NCBI GenBank assembly: GCA_021772915.1
Contig: JAJFLB010000034.1
Coordinates: forward strand, 52,631 to 116,630
Direction of reading: 5' to 3'
Length of the DNA stretch: 64,000 nucleotides
Source: Gammaproteobacteria bacterium
GTDB taxonomy: Bacteria; Pseudomonadota; Gammaproteobacteria; Xanthomonadales; SZUA-36
Positions 26,629 to 36,186 of the stretch are shown here, piece by piece; position 1 is the stretch's first letter; the number at the start of each line of letters is the position of its first letter. The translations under genes and the position numbers were made by a program. The notes under the pieces were generated by a model. The model saw only the letters and a program-made list of their open reading frames with translations, did not search any database and was not told the DNA's origin.

Positions 26629-29373
26629 TTAACGAGGAATCAATCGGAGTTGTTGCGCCGCCAGGGCCGCCGATGTGCGGTTTTTGACACCGAGCTTTCC
26701 AAATATATTTTTCACATGCCACTTGACCGTACTCTCGGCAATCGTCAACTGCTCGCCGATCTGCCCATTTGATCGTCCTGAAACGATAAGTTTGAGCACA
26801 TCCAGTTCACGCACACTGAGTTTTTCAACCAGACCAGGCCGCGTGTCAACCCGATCATTCTGCACCACGGCGGTCTGGTCAGCCTCGGTGATAAGCGCCA
26901 GAACTGCTTGCAGTTGATGGCTTGCCGAAGCCGGCAGTGCCTGTCCTGCATGGTCCCAGACCCATCTCAGCATGGGCCCGACTTTTTCACCTTCATCCAG
27001 AAATATTCTCAGCATCCCGGAGGACGGTGCCAGGCTCAAGGCAGCCACAATATGTTTCATCATCCCAGCGTTTGTGCCGTACTCAAACTCAGCAAGCGCC
27101 ATCAGCACCAGGATCTCGATTGATTGCCGGATTCGCCCTGCTCTTACTGCCACGTTGCGCAGCCTTCGAAGTCCGAGCAAGGCCTTGTGTGGCTGATCTT
27201 GCACAAGCAATAAACGCGCTTGAATCAGACCGGACAGACATGTAGTAGGCTCCCAGTGATCCGTGAGACAAACCATTTCCTCGCCCATGTTAACGCCAAG
27301 CCTGCTCGCGACACGCTCAGCCGTAGCCACATCTCCCTCCTGAATTAACAGACGCACGAAATGATTTTCGACCTGCAGTAGCAAGCGGTGGTAATTACCG
27401 CGTTGACAGACCTCTCGTATTTTCGCGTAGCACTCTTCAGCATCTCTCCGGCGTTGTTGCACAACCCTGATGCGGGCAAGCGTTACGAACCCGAGCACCA
27501 GTGCTTCCGCGATAGTACACTCCTCAGCCAGGATGATATTGGTCGCCAGCAAGCGCTCAGCCTCCTCAAGCCGGTTCCATTCATAAAGCACCACACCTTG
27601 CAACAGCCGGGCCACGGCTGCTCCCGCCGAGCGCTCGCCGCTATCAAGGATGGAAACATCCTCAGATTGACGGAAGTATGCAGCTGCGCGATGCATTTTC
27701 CCCTGGGTGAGACTCAGCATCCCGGAGAAAATATCACTATAGCTGACACCGAACGAGGAGCCAGCCTGTTCGTGGTATCGACGTGACTTCGCAAGAGAAT
27801 TCTGTGCCAGTTCAAACTCACCCGTCACCAGACACGAGTAGCCAAGCAGGTTATACATGACCCCAATATGGAAAGGCAGCAATAGATTTTCCCGCAATGG
27901 TTCACTCGCGAGCCGTCTCAAATCCCCGACCTCGTCATGCACACAGGCAACACCGGCTCTCAAGACCTTCATCTCCTCCTGTAACGCTTTCAGTTCCTCA
28001 GTTTTCTCCTCGACTGCTTCGTCCCGCAGCCGTTTAATGACATGCTCAGCCTGCTGCAACGCCTGTGTTGTCTCTTTCGGGCGATGCATGTGAAACAAGG
28101 CCCAACAACGCAACATGGGCAACTGAGGTCTCCGCTCGGTGATGGCATCCGGGAGTTTTTTTAGCCAGCGGTAGAGACGTGGCATCTGACCACGTTTTAA
28201 CAGGCGTGCCGCATGCCGTTCGACCAGTAGGGCCGCGTGGTCGAAATCCCTGGATTCCAGTGCGTAAGTAACGGATTCACCGTTGTATCCGTGCTCTGCA
28301 AACCATTTGCTGGCGCGTAGGTGGAGTTCTTCAACGATCTCGGGATGACGTCTCCTGAGTAGATTCACCAGGAACTCGCGAAACAGGTGATGATAACGGT
28401 ACCAGGTACGACTCTTATCCAACGGCAGCAGAAAGATATTGCTGTCTTCAAGATAATCGAGCACATCCTGGCAGCCGTCGCGGTCGACCAGGCACTGGCA
28501 GACTCGCGAATTCATACGCTCAAGGATCGACGTGTACAGCAGAAACTTCTGAATAGCCGGTTCTAGACGGTTCAGCACATCGAGTACGAGGTATTCTGTA
28601 ACGTCCCTTGCTTTACCGGAAAATGAGCGAATAAATTCATCACCGCTCTCAGCCTGGTCCAGCGACAGGGAAGCAAGTTGCAAGCCCGCAGCCCAGCCTT
28701 CTGTACGATCGATTAATCGCTCAATTTGCCGATCACTCAATTCGAGTTCACGTGCATCACGGAGAAACCTTGCACCTTCCTCGGCGTTGAAACGTAAACT
28801 CTCCATGGAAATATCCATAATCTCAGCGTGGGCACGCAGACTTGCGATCGGCAGATTCGGCAAACAACGGCTTGCAAGCACAAAATGAAGATTGGCTGGA
28901 CCGTGGTCAATAAACTCCTTGACGATACCCAACACTTCATCCGACTCAATGTGATGAAAGTCATCAAGAAAAACAGCGATCTCACGACCTGCTCTGGCGA
29001 TTTCATTGATCAGGTCGATAACGATCTCAAGGGGGTCGATATTTGAGCGACTTTCCAGTGTGCGTAAGCTCTCTTCGCCCAGGTCCCCGATCTCAGTACG
29101 CAGCGCGGTGATGAGATAGCGAAGAAACTCAACCGGCTCAGAGTCACTGCGTTCAAGAGAGAACCAGGCACAGTCATAACCCTTGCAGCGTAGGAGATCA
29201 ACCCACTGGGCCAGTAACGTCGACTTGCCATAGCCCGCCGGTGCGGTCACCAGAACCAGCTTTGGCAGGCTGCCTGGGCTGAGTAGCTTGTCAAGGCGCC
29301 GACGTGCAATCAGACCCGACCGGGCAACCGGTGGATAAAGTTTGGTAACTATGATGCTGTGTTGCAGTTGCAT
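26629..29373 (-). CDS. MalT-like LuxR-family regulator (NTPase + TPR-like sensor + LuxR HTH)
   Basis: Walker A APAGYGKST, 914 aa, C-terminal LSVRELDVLKLIVSGRSNGQIGEQLTIAESTVKWHVKNIFGKLGV. Confidence 0.85.
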   Translation of the reverse strand: MQLQHSIIVTKLYPPVARSGLIARRRLDKLLSPGSLPKLVLVTAPAGYGKSTLLAQWVDLLRCKGYDCAWFSLERSDSEPVEFLRYLITALRTEIGDLGEESLRTLESRSNIDPLEIVIDLINEIARAGREIAVFLDDFHHIESDEVLGIVKEFIDHGPANLHFVLASRCLPNLPIASLRAHAEIMDISMESLRFNAEEGARFLRDARELELSDRQIERLIDRTEGWAAGLQLASLSLDQAESGDEFIRSFSGKARDVTEYLVLDVLNRLEPAIQKFLLYTSILERMNSRVCQCLVDRDGCQDVLDYLEDSNIFLLPLDKSRTWYRYHHLFREFLVNLLRRRHPEIVEELHLRASKWFAEHGYNGESVTYALESRDFDHAALLVERHAARLLKRGQMPRLYRWLKKLPDAITERRPQLPMLRCWALFHMHRPKETTQALQQAEHVIKRLRDEAVEEKTEELKALQEEMKVLRAGVACVHDEVGDLRRLASEPLRENLLLPFHIGVMYNLLGYSCLVTGEFELAQNSLAKSRRYHEQAGSSFGVSYSDIFSGMLSLTQGKMHRAAAYFRQSEDVSILDSGERSAGAAVARLLQGVVLYEWNRLEEAERLLATNIILAEECTIAEALVLGFVTLARIRVVQQRRRDAEECYAKIREVCQRGNYHRLLLQVENHFVRLLIQEGDVATAERVASRLGVNMGEEMVCLTDHWEPTTCLSGLIQARLLLVQDQPHKALLGLRRLRNVAVRAGRIRQSIEILVLMALAEFEYGTNAGMMKHIVAALSLAPSSGMLRIFLDEGEKVGPMLRWVWDHAGQALPASASHQLQAVLALITEADQTAVVQNDRVDTRPGLVEKLSVRELDVLKLIVSGRSNGQIGEQLTIAESTVKWHVKNIFGKLGVKNRTSAALAAQQLRLIPR

Positions 29374-29474
29374 GACGTTTACGTCTGGATTCGGTTAAAT
29401 GTATCATGTATTGATCTGATTCGGGGGTCCGGGCGTGCCCAAGGCCATCCGCTGTACACTACGGCCGTTGTTGT

Positions 29475-30983
29475 ATGCATTTGAATCTCTATAAATTCTT
29501 TCGCGACAGGTTCGGGTCTTCCCTCGACCATACTTTTCTGGTATGCCCAGAGGGCTCCCGGTTGAGCTATGGTGACATCGATCACCTGTCCGCGTGTTTT
29601 GCTGCTGTTTTAATTCATGCGAAGGTTGCGGCCGGAGAACGCGTGATCGTACAGGTCGACAAGTCACCGGGCGCTGTGGCGCTGTATCTGGCCTGCCTGC
29701 GTGTCGGTGCAGTGTACGTGCCATTGAATATCGCCTATACCGCAACAGAGGTTAGCTATTTCCTGAGGGATGCAGCACCCGCGCTGTTCGTCTGCCGTCC
29801 GGAAGCAGCCGCGAAATTTTACCCCGTTGCCACTCTGGCCGGGGTTCCACTGAGCCACACACTGGGAACATCGCTGGACGGCAGCGTGGGCAAGCTTGCA
29901 CGCAAGCTCACACCACATGAAGCGCTGACAGTTCGCGCGCCCGGTGACGTGGCGGCGATGCTCTATACCTCGGGCACGACCGGCCGCTCAAAAGGGGCAA
30001 TGCTGACTCTGGATAATCTCGCCTCGAATGCATTGACACTGCACAGGTATTGGGGCTTCAAACCCGACGATGTGTTGCTGCACGCATTACCGATTTTTCA
30101 CGTACATGGTCTCTTCGTTGCCCTGCACTGCGCCATGCTGAACGCTTCACGGGTGATATTCATGCCACAATTTGATGCCAGCGAGGTAAGCAAGGCATTG
30201 CCGGAGTCGACGGTGATGATGGGCGTACCGACGTTTTATACACGTCTGCTTCTGTGCGCAGATTTCGGAAGAGAGGTGTGTGGACACATGCGATTGTTTA
30301 TCTCCGGCTCGGCACCACTGAGCGAGCAAACCTTTTCCGAGTTCGAGCAGCGTACCGGCCATCAGATTCTTGAGCGTTACGGTATGACCGAGACCGGTAT
30401 GATCACCTCCAACCCACTCGAAGGTGAACGCATCGCTGGAACGGTAGGGTACGCACTTCCAGAAATTAAAATTCGTGTCAGCGACGAATCCGGCGAGCCA
30501 TTGCCAGCCGGGCAAGTCGGTGGCGTGGAACTCAAAGGACCCAACGTTTTCAGCGGCTATTGGCGCATGCCGGAAAAAACCGAGGAGGAGTTTCGTAAAG
30601 ATGGCTACTTCATAACCGGTGATCTCGGCACATTGACAGAAGATGGACGATTATCACTGGTTGGCCGCTCCAGGGACCTGATTATCTCCGGCGGATATAA
30701 CATTTATCCCAAAGAAATCGAGTCGGTCATTGATGCACTTCCCGGCGTTGTTGAATCCGCGGTTATCGGTATTCCCCATGTTGACCTTGGCGAGTCCTCG
30801 ATTGCCATCGTGGTTCCGAGCAGGGACGACCCAGCCAGCTGCGAGTCAATACTTGAGGCAACAGCAGCGCAACTCGCCCGCTTCAAGCAGCCACGAGATG
30901 TAATACTGGTGGATGAACTGCCACGAAACACCATGGGCAAGGTACAGAAAAATATCCTGCGGGAGCGTTTTGATGGAAAGTGA
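29475..30983 (+). CDS. matB: Malonyl-CoA synthetase-like AMP-forming acyl-CoA ligase
   Basis: YTSGTTGRSKGA AMP motif. VQVDKSPGAVALYLACLRVGAVYVPLNIAYT closely resembles rhizobial MatB as I remember it; 502 aa. Confidence 0.7.
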   Translation: MHLNLYKFFRDRFGSSLDHTFLVCPEGSRLSYGDIDHLSACFAAVLIHAKVAAGERVIVQVDKSPGAVALYLACLRVGAVYVPLNIAYTATEVSYFLRDAAPALFVCRPEAAAKFYPVATLAGVPLSHTLGTSLDGSVGKLARKLTPHEALTVRAPGDVAAMLYTSGTTGRSKGAMLTLDNLASNALTLHRYWGFKPDDVLLHALPIFHVHGLFVALHCAMLNASRVIFMPQFDASEVSKALPESTVMMGVPTFYTRLLLCADFGREVCGHMRLFISGSAPLSEQTFSEFEQRTGHQILERYGMTETGMITSNPLEGERIAGTVGYALPEIKIRVSDESGEPLPAGQVGGVELKGPNVFSGYWRMPEKTEEEFRKDGYFITGDLGTLTEDGRLSLVGRSRDLIISGGYNIYPKEIESVIDALPGVVESAVIGIPHVDLGESSIAIVVPSRDDPASCESILEATAAQLARFKQPRDVILVDELPRNTMGKVQKNILRERFDGK

Positions 30984-31010
30984 TTCTCTGTCTTTGCATT
31001 GTTGCTGCAA
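30879..31010. repeat. Imperfect direct repeat, copy 1 (authentic matB 3' end plus about 35 nt downstream)
   Basis: Aligns with 38455..38590. The coding part reads FKQPRDVILVDELPRNTMGKVQKNILRERFDGK-stop versus FKQPRQVLLVDELPRNTLGKVQKNILRERFSGK-stop, and similarity continues past the stop (tgttgctgcaaaa). Confidence 0.8.
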
Positions 31011-31311
31011 AAGTCAATACAGGTGGTCTACCTCGCCCAACGGTACAAAAAAAAGGCCCTGAAGCGGCTTTTATTCAGCTCGGCAGAATGGATTCGATTC
31101 CTCAATGGACCTTTGAATTGCAACGTCCTGAATTCTTGTGACAAATTCCCGCACAAATGCCCAATTTCCGCAACAGAGACTTTGGGCGAAATTTTCACGA
31201 AATGACCGTGGCCGAGGCAGTAAAGGTCACCGGTGCAAACCGCAACACGATAAAGGATCATTTCGATAATTAGGGTCAGAGTGGACTAACCCGGATTCTC
31301 GGACAGATTTA

Positions 31312-31436
31312 TTAAGCCACTAATCGATATTCTTCTTCAACCTGTTGTGGTGTTTTGTAGCCCAGCGTCTGGTGGCTGCGCTGGCGATTGTAAAATACCT
31401 CGATGAACTCGAAGATGGGCGATCTTCCATCATGTT
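31312..31436 (-). mobile_element. IS3-family transposase (OrfB) C-terminal remnant
   Basis: The reverse strand translates to ...IFEFIEVFYNRQRSHQTLGYKTPQQVEEEYRLVA-stop, the canonical rve-domain tail. There is no upstream body, so it is 5'-truncated. Confidence 0.8.
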
Positions 31437-31491
31437 TTTTTCTTGGCCGTGGCGCCGAATATTAACCGATTATTTGGCCGGTCTTTAGACA

Positions 31492-31845
31492 CTAAGCGGC
31501 CGGAATCATTTTTCTTGGTAAATACAACACCAAAGCCAGGAAAACAGCAAACACCAGTGGCCGGATCAATTCAAGCAACGGATCATGTACGAGGTGGGCG
31601 CCAGCGGCCCCCACCACGATCATGGCCAGTATCATGACCGCAACTTGCCTGGTCTTTGGGATCAGCAGTAAAACTGCACCGGCCAGTTCCAGCACACCAA
31701 TCAACAGATGAAAACCATCCGGGAACCCAAATCGTGTGAACATTTCCAGCACGCCGGGATTGGCCGTCAGCTTACCCAGGCTTGCCAGGGTAAATGCCAG
31801 CGCAAGCAGTAGCCGTACCAGCCAGTCAATTATCTTCCATTTCAT
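31492..31845 (-). CDS. DoxX-family membrane protein
   Basis: 118 aa from MKWKIIDWLVRLLLALAF with four hydrophobic helices. GKL...FGFP...IGVLELAGAVLLL pattern. Confidence 0.7.
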   Translation of the reverse strand: MKWKIIDWLVRLLLALAFTLASLGKLTANPGVLEMFTRFGFPDGFHLLIGVLELAGAVLLLIPKTRQVAVMILAMIVVGAAGAHLVHDPLLELIRPLVFAVFLALVLYLPRKMIPAA

Positions 31846-32021
31846 TAGAATCGGCCTTTTGTTACTCTTGAGAGGATAAAGTACAAGATTATTTTGGGCT
31901 GAACCAGTAGCAAAACCCTGAAGAAATTCGGAAAAATGTCTGAAAAAAAGTCCATACAGAGCCACTCTGCAATACTGAAATTAACACGGGTGGGTCGTGG
32001 AGTATCGATGCTGAGCTCGGC

Positions 32022-32399
32022 TTGTTGAAGGATGCAAGCGGTATTGAAAAACGCCTGGAGCCACGTCTTTCAAAACTCATGTTCCTGTTGTTGAATAACC
32101 TGGGGAAATTCGTATCGCGCCGCGAACTGATCGATGAGATGTGGCCTGATACCGTGGTAACAGAACAATCGTTGACCCGGGTCGTGTCCGATTTGCGCAA
32201 GTTTCTGCGTTTGAATTACCCCGCACCTCCAGTCATCGAAACCGCCAGTAAACAGGGCTACCGCATGTCGTATTCAGTCCTGAACGTAACGCCGGACAGT
32301 GCTGTCAGGAGTCCGTTTTGGAAGGTGCTGCGCCTTATCGGCTACGGTTTTGGCGCACTGGTGTTGTTGGTGCTGGTTGTGCGTGGTCTGAATTACTAG
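32022..32399 (+). CDS. CadC/ToxR-like winged-helix (trans_reg_C) protein with a C-terminal TM segment; possibly 5'-truncated
   Basis: RLEPRLSKLMFLLLNNLGKFVSRRELIDEMWPDTVVTEQSLTRVVSDLRKFL plus TM LRLIGYGFGALVLLVLVV. Homology appears to continue upstream of the only available (TTG) start. Confidence 0.5.
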   Translation: MLKDASGIEKRLEPRLSKLMFLLLNNLGKFVSRRELIDEMWPDTVVTEQSLTRVVSDLRKFLRLNYPAPPVIETASKQGYRMSYSVLNVTPDSAVRSPFWKVLRLIGYGFGALVLLVLVVRGLNY

Positions 32400-32430
32400 T
32401 CGGAAAAAGAAAAAGGGGGTCCAAAAATAC

Positions 32431-32696
32431 GAGTCGCTGTCCGTGCTGTCTTCCAAGCATGGACCAGCGGATGAATTCTCGGGTCCGGATGGCGCTGATT
32501 GCAGTTGTCACGGTCTATCCCATGCTGCGATTCGTTCTACCGTACTTCGACTCTGATTCCTTGTTGGCCACCAAGGCGGACTAGTGGCGACTCTGGATCG
32601 GAATGTCGGTCGGCCACCGGCTCTGCTTCGCCTTGTGTGCGTACGCGATTAGGAGTGTACCTGGACGTTGGCAAGCGATAGGGCTCAACTGGCATT
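32431..32696 (+). pseudogene. Degraded duplicate of the tetR-3'-end / CPBP-5'-end junction (copy of 36143..36408)
   Basis: About 93% identical by eye at an offset of 3712 bp. TGG (Trp) in the intact copy is TAG at 32582..32584. Confidence 0.85.
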
Positions 32697-32821
32697 CGGC
32701 CCGGGTGAGTAGGTAGCGGGAAACAGCTCTGAATTCATACGTGCAAGACCGATCAGCAGGGACACACCCCACCATACGCCTAGGTATGGTATAACGGCGT
32801 TGACTGGCCGATAAAGCTTCT

Positions 32822-32971
32822 TTTGTTGAGGTTGCCTATCTCATCGTGTATGGCAAATTGCCCAACCAACAAGAATTAGACGCTTTCAAAGACCGTCTGA
32901 ATCACCACGCATTAGTGCAGGAGGACATGAAGTACTTCTTCTCCAGCTTCTTCGGACAAGCCCACCCCATC
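32822..32971 (+). pseudogene. Citrate synthase internal fragment
   Basis: FVEVAYLIVYGKLPNQQELDAFKDRLNHHALVQEDMKYFFSSFFGQAHPI matches the conserved GltA block (LLYGELPT..QL..F......H....E........F....HPM). No N- or C-terminal remainder is present. Confidence 0.7.
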
Positions 32972-33007
32972 AGTAGGTCCCGAGTTCAAATCCTGGTGCC
33001 GGCCCCA
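32971..33007 (+). other. tRNA 3'-end fragment (T-arm + acceptor 3' strand + CCA), likely relic att site
   Basis: ccgag-TTCAAAT-cctgg T-arm, then a 7-nt acceptor strand tgccggc, discriminator c and CCA ending at 33007. No matching 5' acceptor strand lies upstream. Confidence 0.55.
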
Positions 33008-33558
33008 CAAACAATTATCATTATCATCTGCTATAGTTAAGATACGAGATTCAGTATTGATCTGGTGATAAGACTAAGATACTAATTCGAGCTTTCTAAT
33101 GAGACAATCCTGGCCACAATGGCTGGTTGCCCTCTTTCCAATTTGGGGTAAAACAACACATGGTAATTCTATCCGGCGATAATGGAATAATATTCGACAA
33201 CGGCAACAATGCACCCGGCGCGACCCTGCAGCGTCTTGAGCGTGGTGAATGGATCGATTATTTGATTGGTGGCGAACCGGTTTTCGCTCCAGTCGATGTC
33301 CAACGGCTGCAGCAGGGTGAGTATCGGCTGGCGAAGTCCGGTACAGCATGACGGGGTGTTGTTAATCGCTGGCGAGTGTTTTATTTCATCCTCCTATCGT
33401 TCCGTGTTTAGACCAGACCCCTTTTCTCAGTTGTACCCTAATCTGACCCGCTCCAATGTTCTGCCGTCATCGGTATCCCAACTCTGACCTGGGCAAATCT
33501 GCGATTGCCATCGTGGCTCCATGCACACACGACCCGGCCAGCCCCGAAAAGTACCCCG

Positions 33559-34080
33559 TTAACGCTCTAACCGCTGGTAGTGCACGTCGAATCTCTCATC
33601 AATATTTCCCGTCTTATCTTTGGACATTACCGTGACGGTAAGTTCATCGCCGCCGGATGCCAGTGCAAATTTCATCCGGGCGGGCTTCTGGTTGCTGTCC
33701 GGTGCATCGAAGACGGCAGTTCCACGACCAGCCCTGACCAGTTCAAAACGATTTGGACCTTCAATCTCTTTGGGCCAGAGTTGCATGCCTGTTTCAAAAT
33801 GGCGGAAGGCCATCTCCACCTTACCTTCCTGGGTTTCTTCGATGAGTAAGAACTCATAAAGTCGACGGCCGTCTTTCCAGGTGAGCCGGAACATCCCTGC
33901 CATGGTGCCATCCCGGGGTGGAAGCCAGGTCTCGTCGGCTTTACCACCGAATATCTCGCCTTGCCAGGTACCGGATATAAATGACAGATCCTCGATGCCG
34001 AAGTCTTCCGTCTGGGCGGTAGCTGGAGATGCCGGTACGTAAATACACACGACGAGGACGAACAGGATACAGTTTCGCAT
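33559..34080 (-). CDS. Secreted lipocalin-like protein (DUF6265-like), tentative
   Basis: Signal peptide ...PASPATAQ and a GTWQGEIFGG..ETW....GTMAGMFR pattern; 173 aa. Confidence 0.5.
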   Translation of the reverse strand: MRNCILFVLVVCIYVPASPATAQTEDFGIEDLSFISGTWQGEIFGGKADETWLPPRDGTMAGMFRLTWKDGRRLYEFLLIEETQEGKVEMAFRHFETGMQLWPKEIEGPNRFELVRAGRGTAVFDAPDSNQKPARMKFALASGGDELTVTVMSKDKTGNIDERFDVHYQRLER

Positions 34081-34092
34081 GAGATACCGCCT

Positions 34093-34473
34093 TCAGTTTT
34101 CAACCAGGTCCTGGTAGAGCATATGCTTGTTTCCGTCGAGATCGAAAAAGGTGGCGAGACGAACTGTTTCGGGAATGGTGATCGTCTCTCCATCGAAGGG
34201 CACACCCTGTGCCTCCATTGCATCGCGCGCAGAACCAATGTCGTTGACACCCCACGTGGGCGTGGTACCGCCGCGCACTTCAGGTTGTTCAACCTGACTC
34301 AATCCGAGCGTTACCTTAGATACGGGGGTCGACAATTCGCACCAACCCATATCATCGAGCCGAAAGAGAAGTTTGCAACCAAGGACACTTTCGTACCAGT
34401 GAATGGAAGCACTCAGTTCACTGCATGGAAGCGAACATGTGAGGCCTCCATCGAATTCTGCTTTGCGGATCAT
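34093..34473 (-). CDS. VOC (glyoxalase/bleomycin-resistance) family protein
   Basis: 126 aa from MIRKAEFDGG. WYESVLGCKL...FFDLDGNKHMLYQ is a typical beta-alpha-beta-beta-beta module. Confidence 0.75.
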   Translation of the reverse strand: MIRKAEFDGGLTCSLPCSELSASIHWYESVLGCKLLFRLDDMGWCELSTPVSKVTLGLSQVEQPEVRGGTTPTWGVNDIGSARDAMEAQGVPFDGETITIPETVRLATFFDLDGNKHMLYQDLVEN

Positions 34474-34546
34474 TATTTTTCTCCAATTCAGTGGTTTTTC
34501 TGTTAAGTTACCATTAGTATAGTAACTATAGATTAGGTAATCAAGA

Positions 34547-35134
34547 ATGCAATTTGCCAACACTCAACTGTTGCTCGACCTTGTCCGGTACAGGTGGTCA
34601 ATCCCGGTTCTCGCGCTACTTGTGCAGGGCACGACGGAGGTTCCGGGAATCCATGGAGGCGGTGCAAAGTTTGTAACCCTGATGCAACGAGCGAGTGTCA
34701 GCCCGGGATCGCTGCGCCGAACGCTGGACGCCCTGATCGAGCAGAGATGGGTCTGCCGCAATCCTGGATACGGTCATCCCATGCGGCCCGAATACGTTCT
34801 TACACCACGTGGTATAAATCTGGCCGTGGCGGCCGAAGGAGTGATGGCTGTGTTGCTGGAAATGGATGTCAGCAAAGCTGCCTTACGCAAATGGTCGCTT
34901 CCGGTAACTCTGACCCTGGGCGCTTCTAAAGCCCACTTTGGTGAAATCCAGGGTAATCTTCCGGGGGTCACTCCCCGCGCCCTCGCTCTCACTCTTAAAG
35001 AGCTCGAAACCGCAGGGCTCGTTGAGCGGACGGTCGTCGCAGCATATCCACCCCGCCCCTGCTACGAATTGAGCCCCTCGGGACAGGTTCTGAGTAGCAG
35101 GGCCAAGCAGCTGGAAAGCGCACTGGCCGCCTGA
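34547..35134 (+). CDS. HxlR-type winged-helix regulator with two tandem HxlR-like domains
   Basis: Two copies of the (R)W.(I/L)P(V)...F.E(I/L)....(V)(S/T)P..L...L..L...G(L/W)V.R........Y.L(T/S)P.G pattern. Divergent from the VOC gene. Confidence 0.65.
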   Translation: MQFANTQLLLDLVRYRWSIPVLALLVQGTTEVPGIHGGGAKFVTLMQRASVSPGSLRRTLDALIEQRWVCRNPGYGHPMRPEYVLTPRGINLAVAAEGVMAVLLEMDVSKAALRKWSLPVTLTLGASKAHFGEIQGNLPGVTPRALALTLKELETAGLVERTVVAAYPPRPCYELSPSGQVLSSRAKQLESALAA

Positions 35135-35387
35135 AAGTAGTGACAAATTAACAGTTTGTCCCGGTTCTCTCTACCAACCCGTATCCTGGCGCATCTTGAT
35201 AATTGTGTTGGAGTCGAATCGGGTGGCGCTGACTGGTGCATCCCAGCGCATGATGCCGACGGGTTGATGGTAGACCTTCGCGTGGCCAATCTCATGAAGC
35301 AGGGTGTGTGCTTCGCTGCTGCTGCAGGGCCCGGGAGTGCCGCAATCGCGCAGTGTTTCCAAGAAGATGATGGACTCACTGGCTTCA

Positions 35388-35444
35388 TTTAAGCGCCTTC
35401 ACCGGTCTTACATCGTCAGAATATCTGCCATCGACCGAATCGTT
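35388..35444 (+). pseudogene. LytTR DNA-binding domain C-terminal fragment
   Basis: FKRLHRSYIVRISAIDRIV matches the F.R.HRSYIVN...I core of LytTR. There is no receiver or remaining domain. Confidence 0.4.
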
Positions 35445-35562
35445 AAGAGCCCACCAAGTACAACAGTCGGTGTTGGGTCTGTTTGCACGTAAGTGAGTCG
35501 CTTGACAACATCAATAATAAATGCAAACATGAACCTTCATTCATGTTTTACAATATTTCTAT

Positions 35563-36186
35563 ATGGTTCAGCAACCACAACAAGCACGCAGTCATCGAGC
35601 ACTCCATCGGATTTACAAATCCGCATCAAAGCTGCTTTCTGAAAGAACCTTCGAGAAAATCACGGTCAAAGAGATCGCCCTCCATGCATCGGTTTCTGTA
35701 GGGACTATTTACCAGCGGTTTGAAACTAAAGATGCCCTACTGTGCGCGCTTTATGACCACTACATCTCAAAAGCCGAAAAGCGAATCGATCGGTTGGTCG
35801 CAGATCCATCAATAGTGGGCCTGGAGGAACGTATAGCGCAACTCGTTTACATCACCAGTGGGTTATTTTCGGAATGGCGGGGAGTGATTCGTTCCATGCA
35901 CCTACGCCAGCAATCCAACTCCATAGATATTGGCGCGTCGGAAATGGGACGGATTGAGGAAGTATACAAAAAAATGGTTCATTTTCTTGCTGGCAGAGTA
36001 GCTAGCGGCTGTGATCACGATGCTGCCAAGCTGGCTATCTCCACATTACTATCCCTTAGTCGTGAGTACTACATTTACGGTCCTACACAGCCTGTCGAAC
36101 TCAGTTTTTGCTCCGACGAAAGCGAGTTCGCAGGTCGGCTGCGAGTCGCTGTTGGTGCTGTCTTCCAAGGATGGACCAGCGGATGA
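35563..36186 (+). CDS. TetR-family transcriptional regulator
   Basis: N-terminal HTH TVKEIALHASVSVGTIYQRFETKDAL; 207 aa. Confidence 0.8.
   Translation: MVQQPQQARSHRALHRIYKSASKLLSERTFEKITVKEIALHASVSVGTIYQRFETKDALLCALYDHYISKAEKRIDRLVADPSIVGLEERIAQLVYITSGLFSEWRGVIRSMHLRQQSNSIDIGASEMGRIEEVYKKMVHFLAGRVASGCDHDAAKLAISTLLSLSREYYIYGPTQPVELSFCSDESEFAGRLRVAVGAVFQGWTSG

Noticed and set aside
31202-31273. 23-codon ORF MTVAEAVKVTGANRNTIKDHFDN as an excisionase/AlpA-like gene
   Set aside because: It is too short for a complete HTH protein and sits directly beside a truncated IS3 remnant, so it was treated as debris. It is mentioned under the island finding only.
33672-34292. 206-aa minus-strand ORF overlapping both the DUF6265-like and VOC genes
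   Set aside because: It is out of frame with two ORFs that have signal-peptide or domain support. Its composition is Arg/Ser/Pro-rich, which is typical of an off-frame read.
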